In this document: in pieces, positions 41,554-54,491 of the stretch
Layout of the letters: every line of letters starts with the position of its first letter
Numbering within the stretch: the first letter of the stretch is position 1
NCBI RefSeq assembly: GCF_001186125.1
Contig: NW_014040376.1
Location: 22,842-86,841 of the forward strand
Direction of reading: 5' to 3'
Origin: Sphaeroforma arctica JP610
Lineage: Eukaryota
DNA length: 64,000 bases
Program-made: the position numbers and the translations under genes
Notes under the pieces: generated by a model
What the model was told of the DNA's origin: nothing
Seen by the model: only the letters and a program-made list of their open reading frames with translations
Databases searched by the model: none

Positions 41554-41931
41554 GATAAAATATGGCAACAATGTAAAATTATATAGCGCTAGTTACTGAC
41601 TTTTAAGTATTAGCTATGAATTCTGTGTGCAATAATTACACTTGTGCAGTTGATATGGTGGAGAGACGATCATATATTTACTCACAATACAGGGTGCCCA
41701 CCAATTTTCTGATATTCTAATATCTGGTTTATCATTACTCGAACGATAATTGCATTGATTCAAGCTTTTAACAGCTCTTGAACTGGGACATACACCATGC
41801 GCAGGACCTGCTAGCTCGTATGCATTTTGCTGAATATTGAAAAATGTACTGACTGTGCTCATTTGTATAGACCAATTCGAAATTTAAAATAATTTGTATT
41901 ATATATTTATAAAATACAGCTGAAAGTTATC

Positions 41932-42013
41932 TGGCGCATGCCTGAGCGGTTAAAGGGTATGATTAGAAATCATATGGTGTCTCACCTCCAAGGTTCGAGT
42001 CCTTGTGCGCCAA
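41932..42013 (+). tRNA. tRNA-Ser(AGA), 82 nt, long variable arm
   Basis: Same as the minus-strand copy except one variable-loop base (TCT); TTTT at 42017. Confidence 0.93.
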
Positions 42014-42999
42014 TTGTTTTAAGCATTTTTTTCCCTGGTTTTCATGATGGACCCAATTGCATTTTGAATACATAGCATCCATTAGCTGTTATCCTGTTAA
42101 TTATTAACAGCTACGCAGTTCCAATGTTATTACTTATAGACATTTTTTTATTCCAAAAGTAAAATTTTCAAAGTGCTCTCGGTATCTTATTGTTCCGTCA
42201 TATTATATATAGATAACATTATAAAAGGCGCGGCGTTCCTGTGCTGCTGAAGATTTATACATACGTTCATCCGATTGCATCCACATAGATGTTTACCTTT
42301 CAGTATGCGCGAACTTTTTTAAAGTATCTTCTAATATGCTTCGGTTTGATCAAATCAGGCACGATCTGCTAACTTTCTTCCCCTCTGTCTGCGAACTGCA
42401 AATCCTTGGCACCCCTCATTGAAATCCCGTGAATGACTTATATTGTCGGAAATGGCAGTCGTGCTAGCTTATTTCACAGCCGCTCACAGTATCAGTCTTC
42501 TGATTATGCGGTAGATGAACGTGCTTTTTATGTAAGGTAGCGCACTTCAACAGTTACTATCTTCATTTATTTGTGGTTGATAGCTCCTTTCAACGATGGC
42601 TAGCTATACTCCTGCTTCTTTATACGTTGAATGATCGGGTAATTATATAATTCTTTAACTGGTTATTATATTACCGATGTATGTATTGATTTGTTTATCA
42701 TCGGCCGTGAATTTAATTGAGTGTGTTAATTGCATGGAACTCTGAAAAATAGTATAAATTCTTGTGAAAACTCCACCTCGGTTGAAAAAAAAGTAGACGT
42801 CTAAAATGGGAGGATAAGTTTATTTGGTCAGTTTTGTTTTCCAGGATTGTTAATATGCAAGTCCAAGATCGTGAGCATCATAGCCAATATTGTGACAGTG
42901 ATGTATCCCTAGCCCTTAAACCCTAAAACCAGACAAGGGTAATAAATAGGATATGCCACGAGTAACAATGTCGTCAAAACAAATCCTGTAAACTCACTA

Positions 43000-45900
43000 C
43001 CGTTCTCAGTGCATACAATAGCTGGTCAGCCAGAATCTGCGAAACACATATAGATTCTCTCATCCATATTTTTGAATTGATTTATCTTCCAGAGAATATC
43101 GCATATTAAATCGTGAAACAATATTAAACACGTGACAGCCATACTTGCCTTTCATGTGTCCGGACATGGGCAGTTCAATTAATTCAATGATAATCCGGCG
43201 CGACAACGGCTCGCCCTCAGATACGCTTCGCAGTTGTGTACCCGTGACGCTTAATATGGTTGACTTCGCAGTCAATGTATTCATGATACACTTGAGATAT
43301 AGACTGCTTAGGATTCGTGTACAATCCCGTACCTTTCGCTATCATTCTCGGTCATCGCCTTATTCATATATCTACTAGCAAGATTCTGACTTAAGCATGT
43401 TTCTGCATTTATCATTTCATAATAGCTGTATAATAGCTGCTGCCTCGGTTGATCTTGAATAGAATTATCATTTCGTAATAGCTGCTGCCTTGGTTGATCT
43501 TGAGTAGAATTTGGTACAAGTCAGGTCAGAGTTGTTTCACGATACCATACGTAGGTCCTTCAACGTGAATATCACGTACCTTGGCTGGATATTATTGATG
43601 CATTACTGTATATAGTAACTCTTGGTCTTTCCTACGAAGATTCGACCAGAATACAGTCCGTACCCGTAGCACACACCTCTGACATGTCCATAGTTTGAGC
43701 ACCGGATATCTGTGTATATAACTTCGATATGTAGTGAGATACTGACGTTCCCTCTCCCGGTGAAATCATGATTGATACCAGTATTCCCGGTCGATAGTTC
43801 TTCAAAAATAGCTGGACGATCATCTCGCTTTGCTCAACGTCTTTAACTGCGTTACCACATTCGCTTCCGACTTTTTCTAACTACCTGTACTTGTAATAAG
43901 ACAGTTCAACACTCTGCTGTGATGCCTCTAACTCTGACCAAAGTCTTTTTAAAGTTATATACAAACCTACCAACTACTGGTATCGATGGACACCTGTGTT
44001 TCCTTTCGATCCAGTCGATATGTAGTCGACAACTTGCCTATATTCTTATCGACATCCTTGTTCTCTATAATCTTTTGCTGGTATAGATTACTCGCATGTT
44101 ATAAAATATACTAGACTGGTAGATAGATACATATTAGCCTCCTAGTGCCTGCTTACATCTAACTATATGATATCAATAGATTCTGCACACTTTATACGAG
44201 TTGTAAAACCCGCAAACCTTGCTTATCTAGTCGGATGCTAATAGTGTAGAAGTCCTGATTGTTGCTGACCATACAGTCACATCTCATCGTCATCTCCAGA
44301 AGCGACGATATCACGATAGGTGATGCCTTAGGTTGCCGCTGAGAAGCAGGTGGCGGTGTCGGAGTTAGCTCTTGTCTCATGTTTGACTTTCGTATTCGGT
44401 TCTTCCCTATGAATCTATCATTTAAGATACCATCGAGATGATGACTCCGTTGCTGCCGGTTATGTGCATGGAGACTCTGAACTGGTCGTCTGATGCAGAT
44501 ACGTGTCTTCTCGTTCAGTCGCCATCTCGTAGGCCAAATCGTATTGAATAGTACCAATGGATCGGACATCAATGTTGGGAAGTTGGCGAGTTTATTCGTG
44601 TTATCGAACCACGTTATATTCGAATATCGGCCATCCTGTTTCGTCGACAAGAATGTAGGTAGTCGTTTCTGAAACTGCCGAATTTTTTTTTGCAATGTCG
44701 TATCCTGAATATTTCGTACCCAAAGTACCTTATACACAATCGCATTGAATAGTACTAATGGATCGGACATCGATGTTGGAAAGTTGGCGAGGTGATATTT
44801 AATAGCGAAAATATCGGCCATCCTGTTTCGTTGACAAGATTTTAGGTAGTTGTCTCTGAAACTGACTAGAAGTTTCCTTGTCCTTCGCTTCTTAAATATT
44901 TGCAAAGAAAGTTGCATCCTGAATATCGCGTATTTCGTACCCGAAGTACCTTATACACAATCGCATTGAAAAGTACTAATGGATCGGACATCGATGTTGG
45001 AAAGTTGGCGAGGTAATATGTGATAGCGAACCAAGGTAGATCCGAATATCGGCCATCCTGTTTCGTTGACAAGATCTTAAGTAGTTGTCTCTGAAACTGA
45101 CTAGAAGTTTCCTTGTCTCTCGCTTCTTTAATTTTTGCAAAGAAAGTCGCATCCTGAATATCGCGTGCCCGAAGTGCCTTACAGCCGCGCGCATAATATA
45201 AGGTAGTGACAACGTTCCATCCGGTATAGTCTTACGTACGTCCGGAAAAAGAAACTACTGTGCCTTTCGAATACTTGTTGCCCTTACAACCCTATAATAA
45301 ATCGCGATTCTATCCTTTTCGTCGGGTTTGATGCAACCAAAAGGCAAATCGCGATTCTATCATTTTCGTCGGTTTTGATCTCACAATCCAGTGGTCCAGT
45401 ATAGACCAGAACTGTGTAGCATCTAGGAACCAAATTATCAAAAAGCCAATCCAAAACCCAAAACCCCCTTTAATCAAATACTGAGTTTTGGAATTAGGAT
45501 TGTAATTTTTCTGATATTAAAGTCATCAGAAGTATTAGCGGTAGAACCGGTAAGCTATACCGGGACTCCCGCGTGTGAGAGAAGCACTCAAGTAAATCCT
45601 GAGTCTGGTGAAAACACAAATAAAGACTCAGTTCGGTTCTCTCAGACTAGAGAATTGTCCTAGCTGAGAAAACCGTACTTGAGAAGAGGTCTATTGTATC
45701 CCATTGTCTTGTACTTTCAGCCACTCTCCATACTCTACAACTGAACTTCTCTCACCTCCGGGCGTCGCGGTACTCGAAGAGCCTGAATGATCATTCCTGA
45801 AGGTATCCCAAAAGATATTCCATCAACCTCACAGCATATCATATTGCGGTTAAGCTAGCGCTGGAATATCAGGAAATCCATCCCATGCATATTGTTCTTC

Positions 45901-47900
45901 TACACCCTATTACAAGATTAGCCTATTCTTCAGTAATATAGTCAACGGCTCTAATAATACAGCAAAGTCCGGTACGTACCTGTGCCATCAATTAACTGTA
46001 TCATATAAACCATATAGTTCCTCTTTGCTCTTGGGCACCCACATCGGTCAACCTCTCCATGACTTCGCACTTCGCCAGACGAACTTTAATATGTCGGTCA
46101 TTTCGTCTGCGTAGTACTTCCTTCGAAAAGATAGCGTGTTCCTCCTCGGCCACAGATCCGAAGATGACATTAGCTATGTATATGTAGACCCCTTTATGAA
46201 GGTCTCGCAAAAGATCTTTTACTAGGGATTGGGATGTGAATCCTGAATCGATCAACTCTATTGGTTTTTTCAGGTATCGATATGGCTTTTCCTAAAAATA
46301 ATAGGCGTATGTACGTTGTGGACTCACGTACAAGCTCAACCTATCAACAGCCACGCGCCGTGTCCGACTTAGAGGAGTATTTATATTTTTTTGATACACG
46401 TCGCACTATATCCTCTTCATTGAGTACTGGGATATGCCGAAACTTGAATTGTCGATTTAACGGCACAAGATTTGCATCGAAACACCAATGTTACAGGCTC
46501 CTTAGTGGGGACCATCAGCGTTCCAGAAACACTTCTCAACGACGTGCTCCTTATTAACGATCTGATGGAGCTTTAGTCGTATTGTGATCATGGTAACTGT
46601 AGCCATATATCATATGCAACCTCATGGAACTTGAATTGCCACCACAGTCATGCTTTTCTCCACATGGTGCCCTTCGCTCTGTCCTGACTCTCAGCGACGA
46701 CTCAAATACATAGTCTTGTATCCATCGCCACCCCAGTAAAGGCACGTCAAATACCTTGGCGTCAACCCTATGGACTGTCTGCCAGCCCTCTGTGTCAGCA
46801 AAACCAAGCGTAAGCTCAATCCGTCCATACCATACTATCGAGGATGTATATTGTTTCTTTATGTTTAGACCGGCCCAACCTTTCGGTAACAAGCTTACAT
46901 CACATTGTCCAGCATGCCCGACATTCGACGACAGTCGAACAGCAATTCTTCTCTCCAAGTTTTTATTTTCTATTTCTCAGCCGTCGTCCGATCGGCCCAT
47001 ACCGTCCTGCCTGTTTGTACAAGGTTGCCATATGATCTTTGTTACCATATCTTCTGCACCCGCCGTCAAACAAACAGTCCTTAGCGAAATGGCCAATTTT
47101 CCCACCTTTGTAGCTCTTGTCTTTGCTGCCACCTCAATATATGTTCTGACTCGAGACATCAGTCTTATTGCGTGCGCCAAGTGGCTTCTGTTATATTGAG
47201 CCTGCAGTGTCTACAAGCTTCATATTAATTACCAAGCTATCTTCATTTGCCAACTTCAAATTAATCATCATATCTATACATAAATATATATGACAGCAGC
47301 TTCGCTCTATCGTATGTTTGGCACATTAAGTTGTAGCTTCTGAATTTTTTTTGTACGAGCTCGTACAGATCCGATCTGCCTGATTGTCATCAGCCCTTCT
47401 AGACACTCTGTCTGCCAGTTCGGGACAGTTAAAAAGAGGTGATTAGAGGATCTATAATTCATCGCCCTAGTACCAGTGCAAAAGAAGGTATCAACATCGC
47501 TGTCAATAATAATCGACTCTTCTTGGATCATCGACACTAAGTCGGTTAATCAAGAATGAATTTTCCTTGGAGAATATCATTATGATAACTTCCAATCTTT
47601 ATGTTCACACTAATGAACACCGTAATCTTTGCGTGGCTTCGTAGTTGTACGTTTTGATGCTTGTGTACTCTCTTTGAATGCACATCTATACTCATTCGAG
47701 CAACTCGACGGTATCATTTGGTGTGGGTACGTGATTAACGTTTCCGATTAGATATATTCTAAGTGCCAAAGTCTTTCATGATGGCGTTTTTGATTTGATC
47801 CAGTTCGTGCTCGATTTGATCGACTCCACGTTTCTCGATCCGCCCATCGTGGACAGTGTCTTCTCGTAAGGGTCTTTTAAAGGACGAGAGATAGAGGATT
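43000..47900 (-). mobile_element. Heavily decayed Ty3/Gypsy LTR retrotransposon relic; boundaries approximate
   Basis: Minus-strand domain order: decayed zinc knuckle CRRYGNKDHMATLY (~47060), protease-like VFDVPLLGWRWI (~46740), RT LNRQ..KYSSKSDTARGC**VEL..DLLRDLHKGVYIYIANVI..EEEH..KCE (46000-46480), weak integrase-like RVRTVFWSNL (~43650). No LTRs identified. Confidence 0.75.
44538..45178. repeat. Three imperfect ~200-240-bp tandem units within the Gypsy relic
   Basis: ATGGATCGGACATC(A/G)ATGTTGG..AAGTTGGCGAG and ATATCGGCCATCCTGTTTCG each occur three times. Confidence 0.85.
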
Positions 47901-48037
47901 GTAGAAAATCGGTCTTCACTTCACCAGGTTAGCCACCCTGAATTAAATAGGATTTTCCCTGTGTAGCAAGTATACATATGAAATGGAATTTACAAATACA
48001 AATAATTATATATTAAATTTCATGAACCAAGCATCAT

Positions 48038-48111
48038 TTCCGGATGGTCTAGCTGGTTATGACGGCTGCTTAACACGCAGCAGGTCGGCGGTTCAAGTCC
48101 GCCTCTGGAAA
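48038..48111 (+). tRNA. tRNA-Val(AAC), 74 nt
   Basis: Acceptor TTCCGGA/TCTGGAA, anticodon arm GCTGC-TTAACAC-GCAGC, T arm GGCGG-TTCAAGT-CCGCC; T5 terminator. Confidence 0.93.
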
Positions 48112-48390
48112 TTTGTTTTTATTCTTTTTGAATTTGTATCATTCACAAAGTAGCAAGCATTGAACGGAATGTAAATAAATAAATACACTTAAGAATACAG
48201 TATGCACACATAATGTCACTTAACCGATAGAAAATCAATAAATCTTGAACCATGAATTTATAGATTTTCTTCTGTTCTGAGACGATGGAGTACATGTTCC
48301 ATATTCAGTACGTAGCAAGTATCATAGCCTTCTAGGTTTGAAAAATAGGGCTATGTAAGTAAATGATTCATATCGATTGAAGAAAATTAA

Positions 48391-48464
48391 TTTCCAGAGG
48401 CGGACTTGAACCGCCGACCTGCTGCGTGTTAAGCAGCCGTCATAACCAGCTAGACCATCCGGAG
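48391..48464 (-). tRNA. tRNA-Val(AAC), 74 nt, C1:A72 mismatch
   Basis: Identical to the plus-strand copy except position 1; TTTT downstream. Confidence 0.9.
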
Positions 48465-48709
48465 ATGCTGGCTGTTGTTTACTTTTATAATTCAAAGTAC
48501 AGTATATTTTGTGTCTACATATTTCATGCAACTTTCTTTTCACTATACTGTCCAATCTTCAACAAATTTAACAATATAGTAATACATTATAGGGTCTATT
48601 TAGTCGTACCACTACCATACGCATGGCAGCTAAGGAGGGCATCACGTTAACTTTCTGCAGTTAGACTATATATATATATATATATCTATATATATATATA
48701 TTTATAGAT

Positions 48710-51700
48710 ATACCCTCCTCTATGGTCCAAAGCTATGGAACACTTTAACTACAAACCTACCATCGATTGCTTCTCCTCTCGTAAAAAAACGCAACTCTCA
48801 CGCTTTGCGGGCCCTGAGGGAGGAGAAGTCCGCTGTTTTCCAAAAGTAAATCTTCTTCATGAACGCGCTTATGGAAATCCTGGCTGGTCTCTTACCCACG
48901 AATGGATGAAAATTAATATGTACTGAGGCACTATCATTGCTATTGTCGTTCCGGTGCGTCCATGCACAAAGTGGTGGCCTCTCTTCATCTCCAGAATACA
49001 AAGTCAAGCGTATATTGTTTTTATTGCGTCTACTACTTTTCGTCAGCATGGAATCACAACCATGTCCAAACCATCCTGGGTCTACACTGTGGTTGCCCTC
49101 GTTGATCCACTACGCACTGCTGTACCACCCGGCCCGGCTCTCCAAGCTGCCAATACTTCGAAAGCCTATCCCGAATTCAACAAATATTGTAATGTCTGTC
49201 TCGAGGCCAAAATTTGCAGAAAGAATATTAAACATCAGATATCTGACAACATCACCGACCCCGCGGAGCGAATTCATATCGATATTCAGGTACCGATGCC
49301 CCCTGATCGCATATGGTGTGGGATGGCACAAAATTTGGTCTTCACTCTGATTTGAAAGACCTAAATAATATCCCATACAGTGTTCTCGAACTTCTTCAGA
49401 CTCCGGCGCATTACAAGCCTCACACTATTATTGCTGATGGCGCTAGCGTTTTCCAGAGTGCTGGAACTAAAGCCATGCTCTGCACTCGGCATATCTACCT
49501 CGGTCGCACTCCGCCCCATTGTCCTGAATTTAACGGCATGATCGAACGTTAGCACGACACGTTGAACAACATGACTCGGGCGCTCCTGAAAGATTCTAAT
49601 CAACCCAAAGGTTGTTGGGGTTATGCCAAAACTTACGCTGGCATAATTAGGAATGAGAACCTCTCATCTGGTGGTTTCTTATTCTCTCCTGCCGATAAGT
49701 GGTTCCAGACTACTGTACTCATATTTCCTGATGCCCGCTACGGGTGCATTATCATTTGGAAACTTGAGGGCAAGGACTACACTGATGTCCACAAGTACGG
49801 CGACCATTTCGGCCGCGGTGTTTTCCTAGGACGTTGTTCCATCTCTACTCCGGAAAAGTGGCTTATACAAAGTTTTAAACTCAAACTTTATTCACGTAAC
49901 GTCAAGTTCTTTCCCACTGAATTCCCTGAATGGTCCGCTGATGGTAAACGTTGTTCTCCTGGTACAACACCTTGTTCATATACTATCCCCCTCGATTGGG
50001 CTGCAGACCTTCGAAAACGTGCTAAATCTATCCCTTTCATCTCCCCTTAACTCCCGGCCGTCGCCCATCATCACCTGGTATCTCCCAATGCTACCTCCAC
50101 AACAACCGGCACTGCCCCGTCCTATATCAGTATTGTTCCTAAGGCTGTCCTTCCTCGTTATATGTCCGCTGTCTCACCAACAAATGGCAATCCCCCTCCA
50201 CCCTTACTTCCTCCTGTAGCAGCATTACCCTTAACACCTAAACAAACACCACCTGTCATTATGCCTACGCCATCTACTTTTCATACCGATCCTAGTGATG
50301 ATCATATTGACTTTATCTTTCCTAGTTCACCAGCACGTGTCATACCCCCCATGCCTACCGCAGTCCCACTTCCACGTCCACAGCCCGTGTACGTGGAACC
50401 TCGCGATCGACCGCTCCTCTCCGACACTCGCCGCATCGCTCAAGCCGAACCTCGCAACACTCCCCTACTTTCGGATCGCCCCCATTATCTAGCACTACCG
50501 CCGCCTACGCCCCTTACATCTTACACACTCCCTCATTTCTTCACTTTGAGACCATGCTTCAAGAGCCCCACATCACGCTCCTTCTTGCTAACACTACACG
50601 TCATCAATGCACTGTTCCACCCCAGAAAAATTCTCGGTACCTACACCAATGCCGACATCCCATCCGTCCATTCTAACTCATCTGGATGAATACATTCTCG
50701 CAGCTCGTTGCCGACACCGTGAACCCCCAGTCCCTTCAGTATTTCTCCCGAGCCCTCTGACTCACCGAGCCTCGCGTCCGAACCCTTATTCCTCTCTCTC
50801 CGCCTGATGATCACTCTATAGATTATCAAACCATATACGACTTCAGATCTGTTGATATCCACCCTTCTATCCGTTCTCTGTCCCAGACGACTGACTGCAA
50901 TTTGTCTCGTCTTGACGCCGTCAATCTTCTATATCCCAAAATCCCGAAGTATTAGGCAAGCCAAGTCTCAACTCGAATAGTCTAATTGGGAGGCAGCCAT
51001 TAAGAAAGAACTTGTCGCCCGTGGCCGTAATGAACTCGCCGATCTTATACCTACAACCGACGTTCCACCCCGTATACGTGTTATACATTCAAAATATGTT
51101 TTTATCATCAAACATGATGAAAATGAAACTCCGACCATCTTTAAAGCTCGTCTCGTCGCCCGTGGTGACCAGCCACAACAAAGAGATTCATTTTGAAATA
51201 CTTATGCCCCTGCCGCCACGTCATGTACTCTTCGTTCATTTTTCGCTAACGCGGCTTTCAACGATTTAGATGTTTTCCACATTGATGTGGATACAGCCTA
51301 CTTGTATTTCCCACTCGACACACCGGTCTATATGTATTCCCCGCATGCAGCCTTGACTTGGGATACTACAAACCGCTTCACATTCTTCGTCTAACATGAG
51401 GTCTCTTTTACCACAAGCAGGCTGGTCGTCTCTGGAACATCGGCATCGCTGCCAAACTTAAAAGGTTGGATTTCATTCGATCCGATTATGATGAGAGTAT
51501 GTGGATTCATCGTACTCGCCCGATCATTGTCGTGCTTTACGTGGACGAAATTGTACCGGCCTTTCCACATGACTCTGGTGACAAACAGTGGCTCGCCAGC
51601 ATTGAGCAAATTCTACAGCCTCAAATTCCTTGGCCTTGCTTTTCACCTTGTGGGTCTTCGAATTTGACAGCACGCCCACGGCATCACCATTGATCAACAT

Positions 51701-52370
51701 GCGCACTTAAGGTCTCTCCTCAACGCGTTTCCCCTATCGAATACGTAAACCAAATACACACCAGGCAATGGGGATCATCCAGTCAATTTTGTCGAATTCC
51801 CAGCTCTTATCCGCCCAGGTTTCCGCCAGCTTTTAGGCGCACTCGGGCTTGCAGTCAATCTTACCCGTCTCGACACGACATCTCAGCTACCCTAAACCAA
51901 CTCGCCTCTTTCGGTACGCAACCAACCGAGGCCCACATGCTAGCCCTCGAATGTATATTCCATTACCTCCGTAATACCTTGGACTATTCCATTACTTATA
52001 AGCGCAAATTGTCCGATCAGACATTTGATTCTGCACTTATTGCTTGTACCGACTCGGATGGGGGGGGGTTGCCGAATGTCAGCCAATCGCAGACCGATAC
52101 ACTTATTTGCTTACATGGCTCACCCATTTAACGGAAGAGCCATAAGCAGAATACCATCGCAATCAGCAGCTCGGAGGCTGAATACGTAGCTATGTCTGAA
52201 ACAACACGCAATATTGCGTGGGTGCGTACCATTGCTTCGGCCATGGCGATATCCATCACCAAACCCACCAACTCTTTTGCGACAACCAGTCCGCCATCAA
52301 AATTGCCCTCGGTACCGGAACCCCCAAAGGTATCCGGCACATCGCTACTGGGCTGGCTTCTTGAAAGGAT
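48710..52370 (+). mobile_element. Decayed Ty1/Copia retrotransposon pol pseudogene
   Basis: Integrase-RT-RNaseH order: CNVCLEAK..ERIHIDIQ, TPPHCPEFNGMIER..TLNNMTRALL, WEAAIKKEL..FKARLVARG, IDVDTAYL, VLYVDEI, CTDSD, KQNTIAISSSEAEYVAM; many stops and frameshifts; LTRs not found. Confidence 0.93.
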
Positions 52371-52794
52371 TCGTGTTTCCTTTAGAAGGACTGGTATTCT
52401 TTTCATTTTGATCACCGCGTGGATTGTGTCCGCGACCTTTGTCTCTATTCCAGTATTGGTTGGTCGTGTGGGCTGCTTGTCCCTTTTCGGTCGATTCACT
52501 TGTTGACGATTTGTATAATTTTAACTCGATGCTCCCTTGACGAGGGCAAACTTCTGCTTCTTTTGTATGACTACTCGAAATGTCTCGGCGTATTATCCGG
52601 TGATGTCGCGGGCTTCGCGATGTTTGTTCTCGACCAGTGCTGATACAGCTGCGCCCACTTTAATGTAAATTAATATCGTAAATATGTAAAATATCTGAAT
52701 TTAATTCACAGACAATCCCCTGTATTCCTGTAAGCTGTTATTTAGGGGTGTTACAGAAAGTTGCTGACTGATTCAAGCCTCGGAGGAGCAATTT

Positions 52795-53226
52795 TTAGTG
52801 AGTAATATGGTCATTGGTTACCAATTCTGCCCCTCTCTCGTACCATCTTGGCGTGGTACTCGGGCAAGAGCGTATGCTGTCATTAAATTTTACACACTGA
52901 CAAAAAAAAAGTTTTACATGTTCGCCAGTGGTGACAGGATGCTCTGGTACTGCCTTGTTCTGGAACCACTGGGAAAATGCTAGGTTGTTGCGAATAGGGT
53001 GAGAACTACGATAGTTCATCAAGAATGTGGGATGGGAGTAGTCAGTGTGTAGATTGCCAGTGTTCGCAAAGGCCTGAAAGGCATTTGTTTGAGATCACAA
53101 GTCTGTGGTAGTCGGATCCTGGGCTAAGATTTCCAGTTGCGATGCCTGGAAGCCAACCTGGTTTTGCAAGACAGTGATGACACCTTGTTGTTGTTGCAGA
53201 AGTTGGCAAATTTCTTGGTCCGCCAT
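52795..53226 (-). pseudogene. Broken ORF, possibly a TE gag/ORF1 relic
   Basis: MADQEICQLLQQQQGVITVLQNQ.. reads through one stop into ORF 52795-53022; no diagnostic motif. Confidence 0.25.
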
Positions 53227-54491
53227 ATTACGAGGTGATCTGCCGGGAGGAGTATAAAGTATACTCTAACGGTTGGCCGCGAGGAGAACAGATGATTAGA
53301 AGGATTTTCTGTTCTTCACTCTTATACCCTAATAGGGTAAAAGTTCAAAGGAATCATGTGAGTGGAATGACAGAATGTGATATTATTCCAGGAACATGAA
53401 GACTTAACCTAAATAGCAATTGTAAAAATAAAGTCATTTTTATGTCGATCTTGTATATGTGCTTATGAACGGCTCTTGTATAGTGAGGCTGTGCGACCGA
53501 AATGCCGACGAATAGAAAATCACACGCACGAAATCAACATTGCAGGATATACATTCAAAGGTGGGCCGGATGTGCAATTACTTAGCAAACACGATCAGTG
53601 GGATAGTACCAACTTATCCCGAAATATGAATGCGGCAACTAGCATTTTTTTTTGCGCCATCGTATTCTAATAATACATCCAGTCGATACCTTCTGGTTGG
53701 ACTAACCGCCGGAATACTATACAACGCGCTATTTTGTAGCACACGCGACGTAACCGAGTGTCAAAACTATGTAAAAAATTGATATGACCATTGTTTTTGA
53801 CCTCGTGCAATTTTGCGATGCCACGCGCCATCGAAGTGAGAGCAACAGCTATTATTGTGGTGAAAGAACGGTAGTTCGGAGTCACTGAATTTTTGTTCAT
53901 AATCGCACCTCTTCCGGATCCCGCCCACGGCCTCCGCTTTCTGTTTGTCCAAGAAATATATAATAGAAGGAACCTGCATACGACTGGCACCGGTAGAATA
54001 TTTGAATTTGTAAACACATACTCGTGCATGCCTAAGCACTAAAACTCCATTATTCAAACATGATTATTCAAAACAAAAAGTTGATTTAATTCAAAACAGT
54101 ATTAAACATATCTGCTCAAATGTAATTAATGTGCTTTCATCGGGTATACAGGCATTAACTCTTCATACGGTAGTCGTCTCCCTCTAATTTTATCTACTCG
54201 TGTACTCCTTTCGTCTTAAAACCATGTTTATCTCTACTCGCACGGTCGTAGACCTCGCGTATGATAATGGAAAATCCGTCCGAGGAGTCTGTGCAGATAT
54301 AACACGTTTCTTGTATCTGGTCGGAGTCAAATCGCACGAGGTTTAGCAATCTGAGTGTACACGCACATTACATATATTCGGGTCTGCTCATTCTTTAATA
54401 CTTTCTCCCATTCATTCGTGTGCAGTCGCACGTTGTGTGCATATGTTGTTATCCACTCCCGGCCCTAGCCTTACACGTGTTACCCGGCGTA

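Noticed and set aside
41472..42013. UCN-to-Leu genetic code reassignment
   Set aside because: TCT and TCA encode conserved Ser positions in EB1 (LCSG) and taspase (GSNL) in this window; the tRNA also lacks A35/G37.
42908..42930. CCCTAG/CCCTTA/CCCTAA as an interstitial telomere repeat
   Set aside because: Only three imperfect units; consistent with chance.
44192..44917. 241-aa minus-strand ORF as a host gene
   Set aside because: Mostly built from the tandem units inside the Gypsy relic; no recognisable domain or splice structure.
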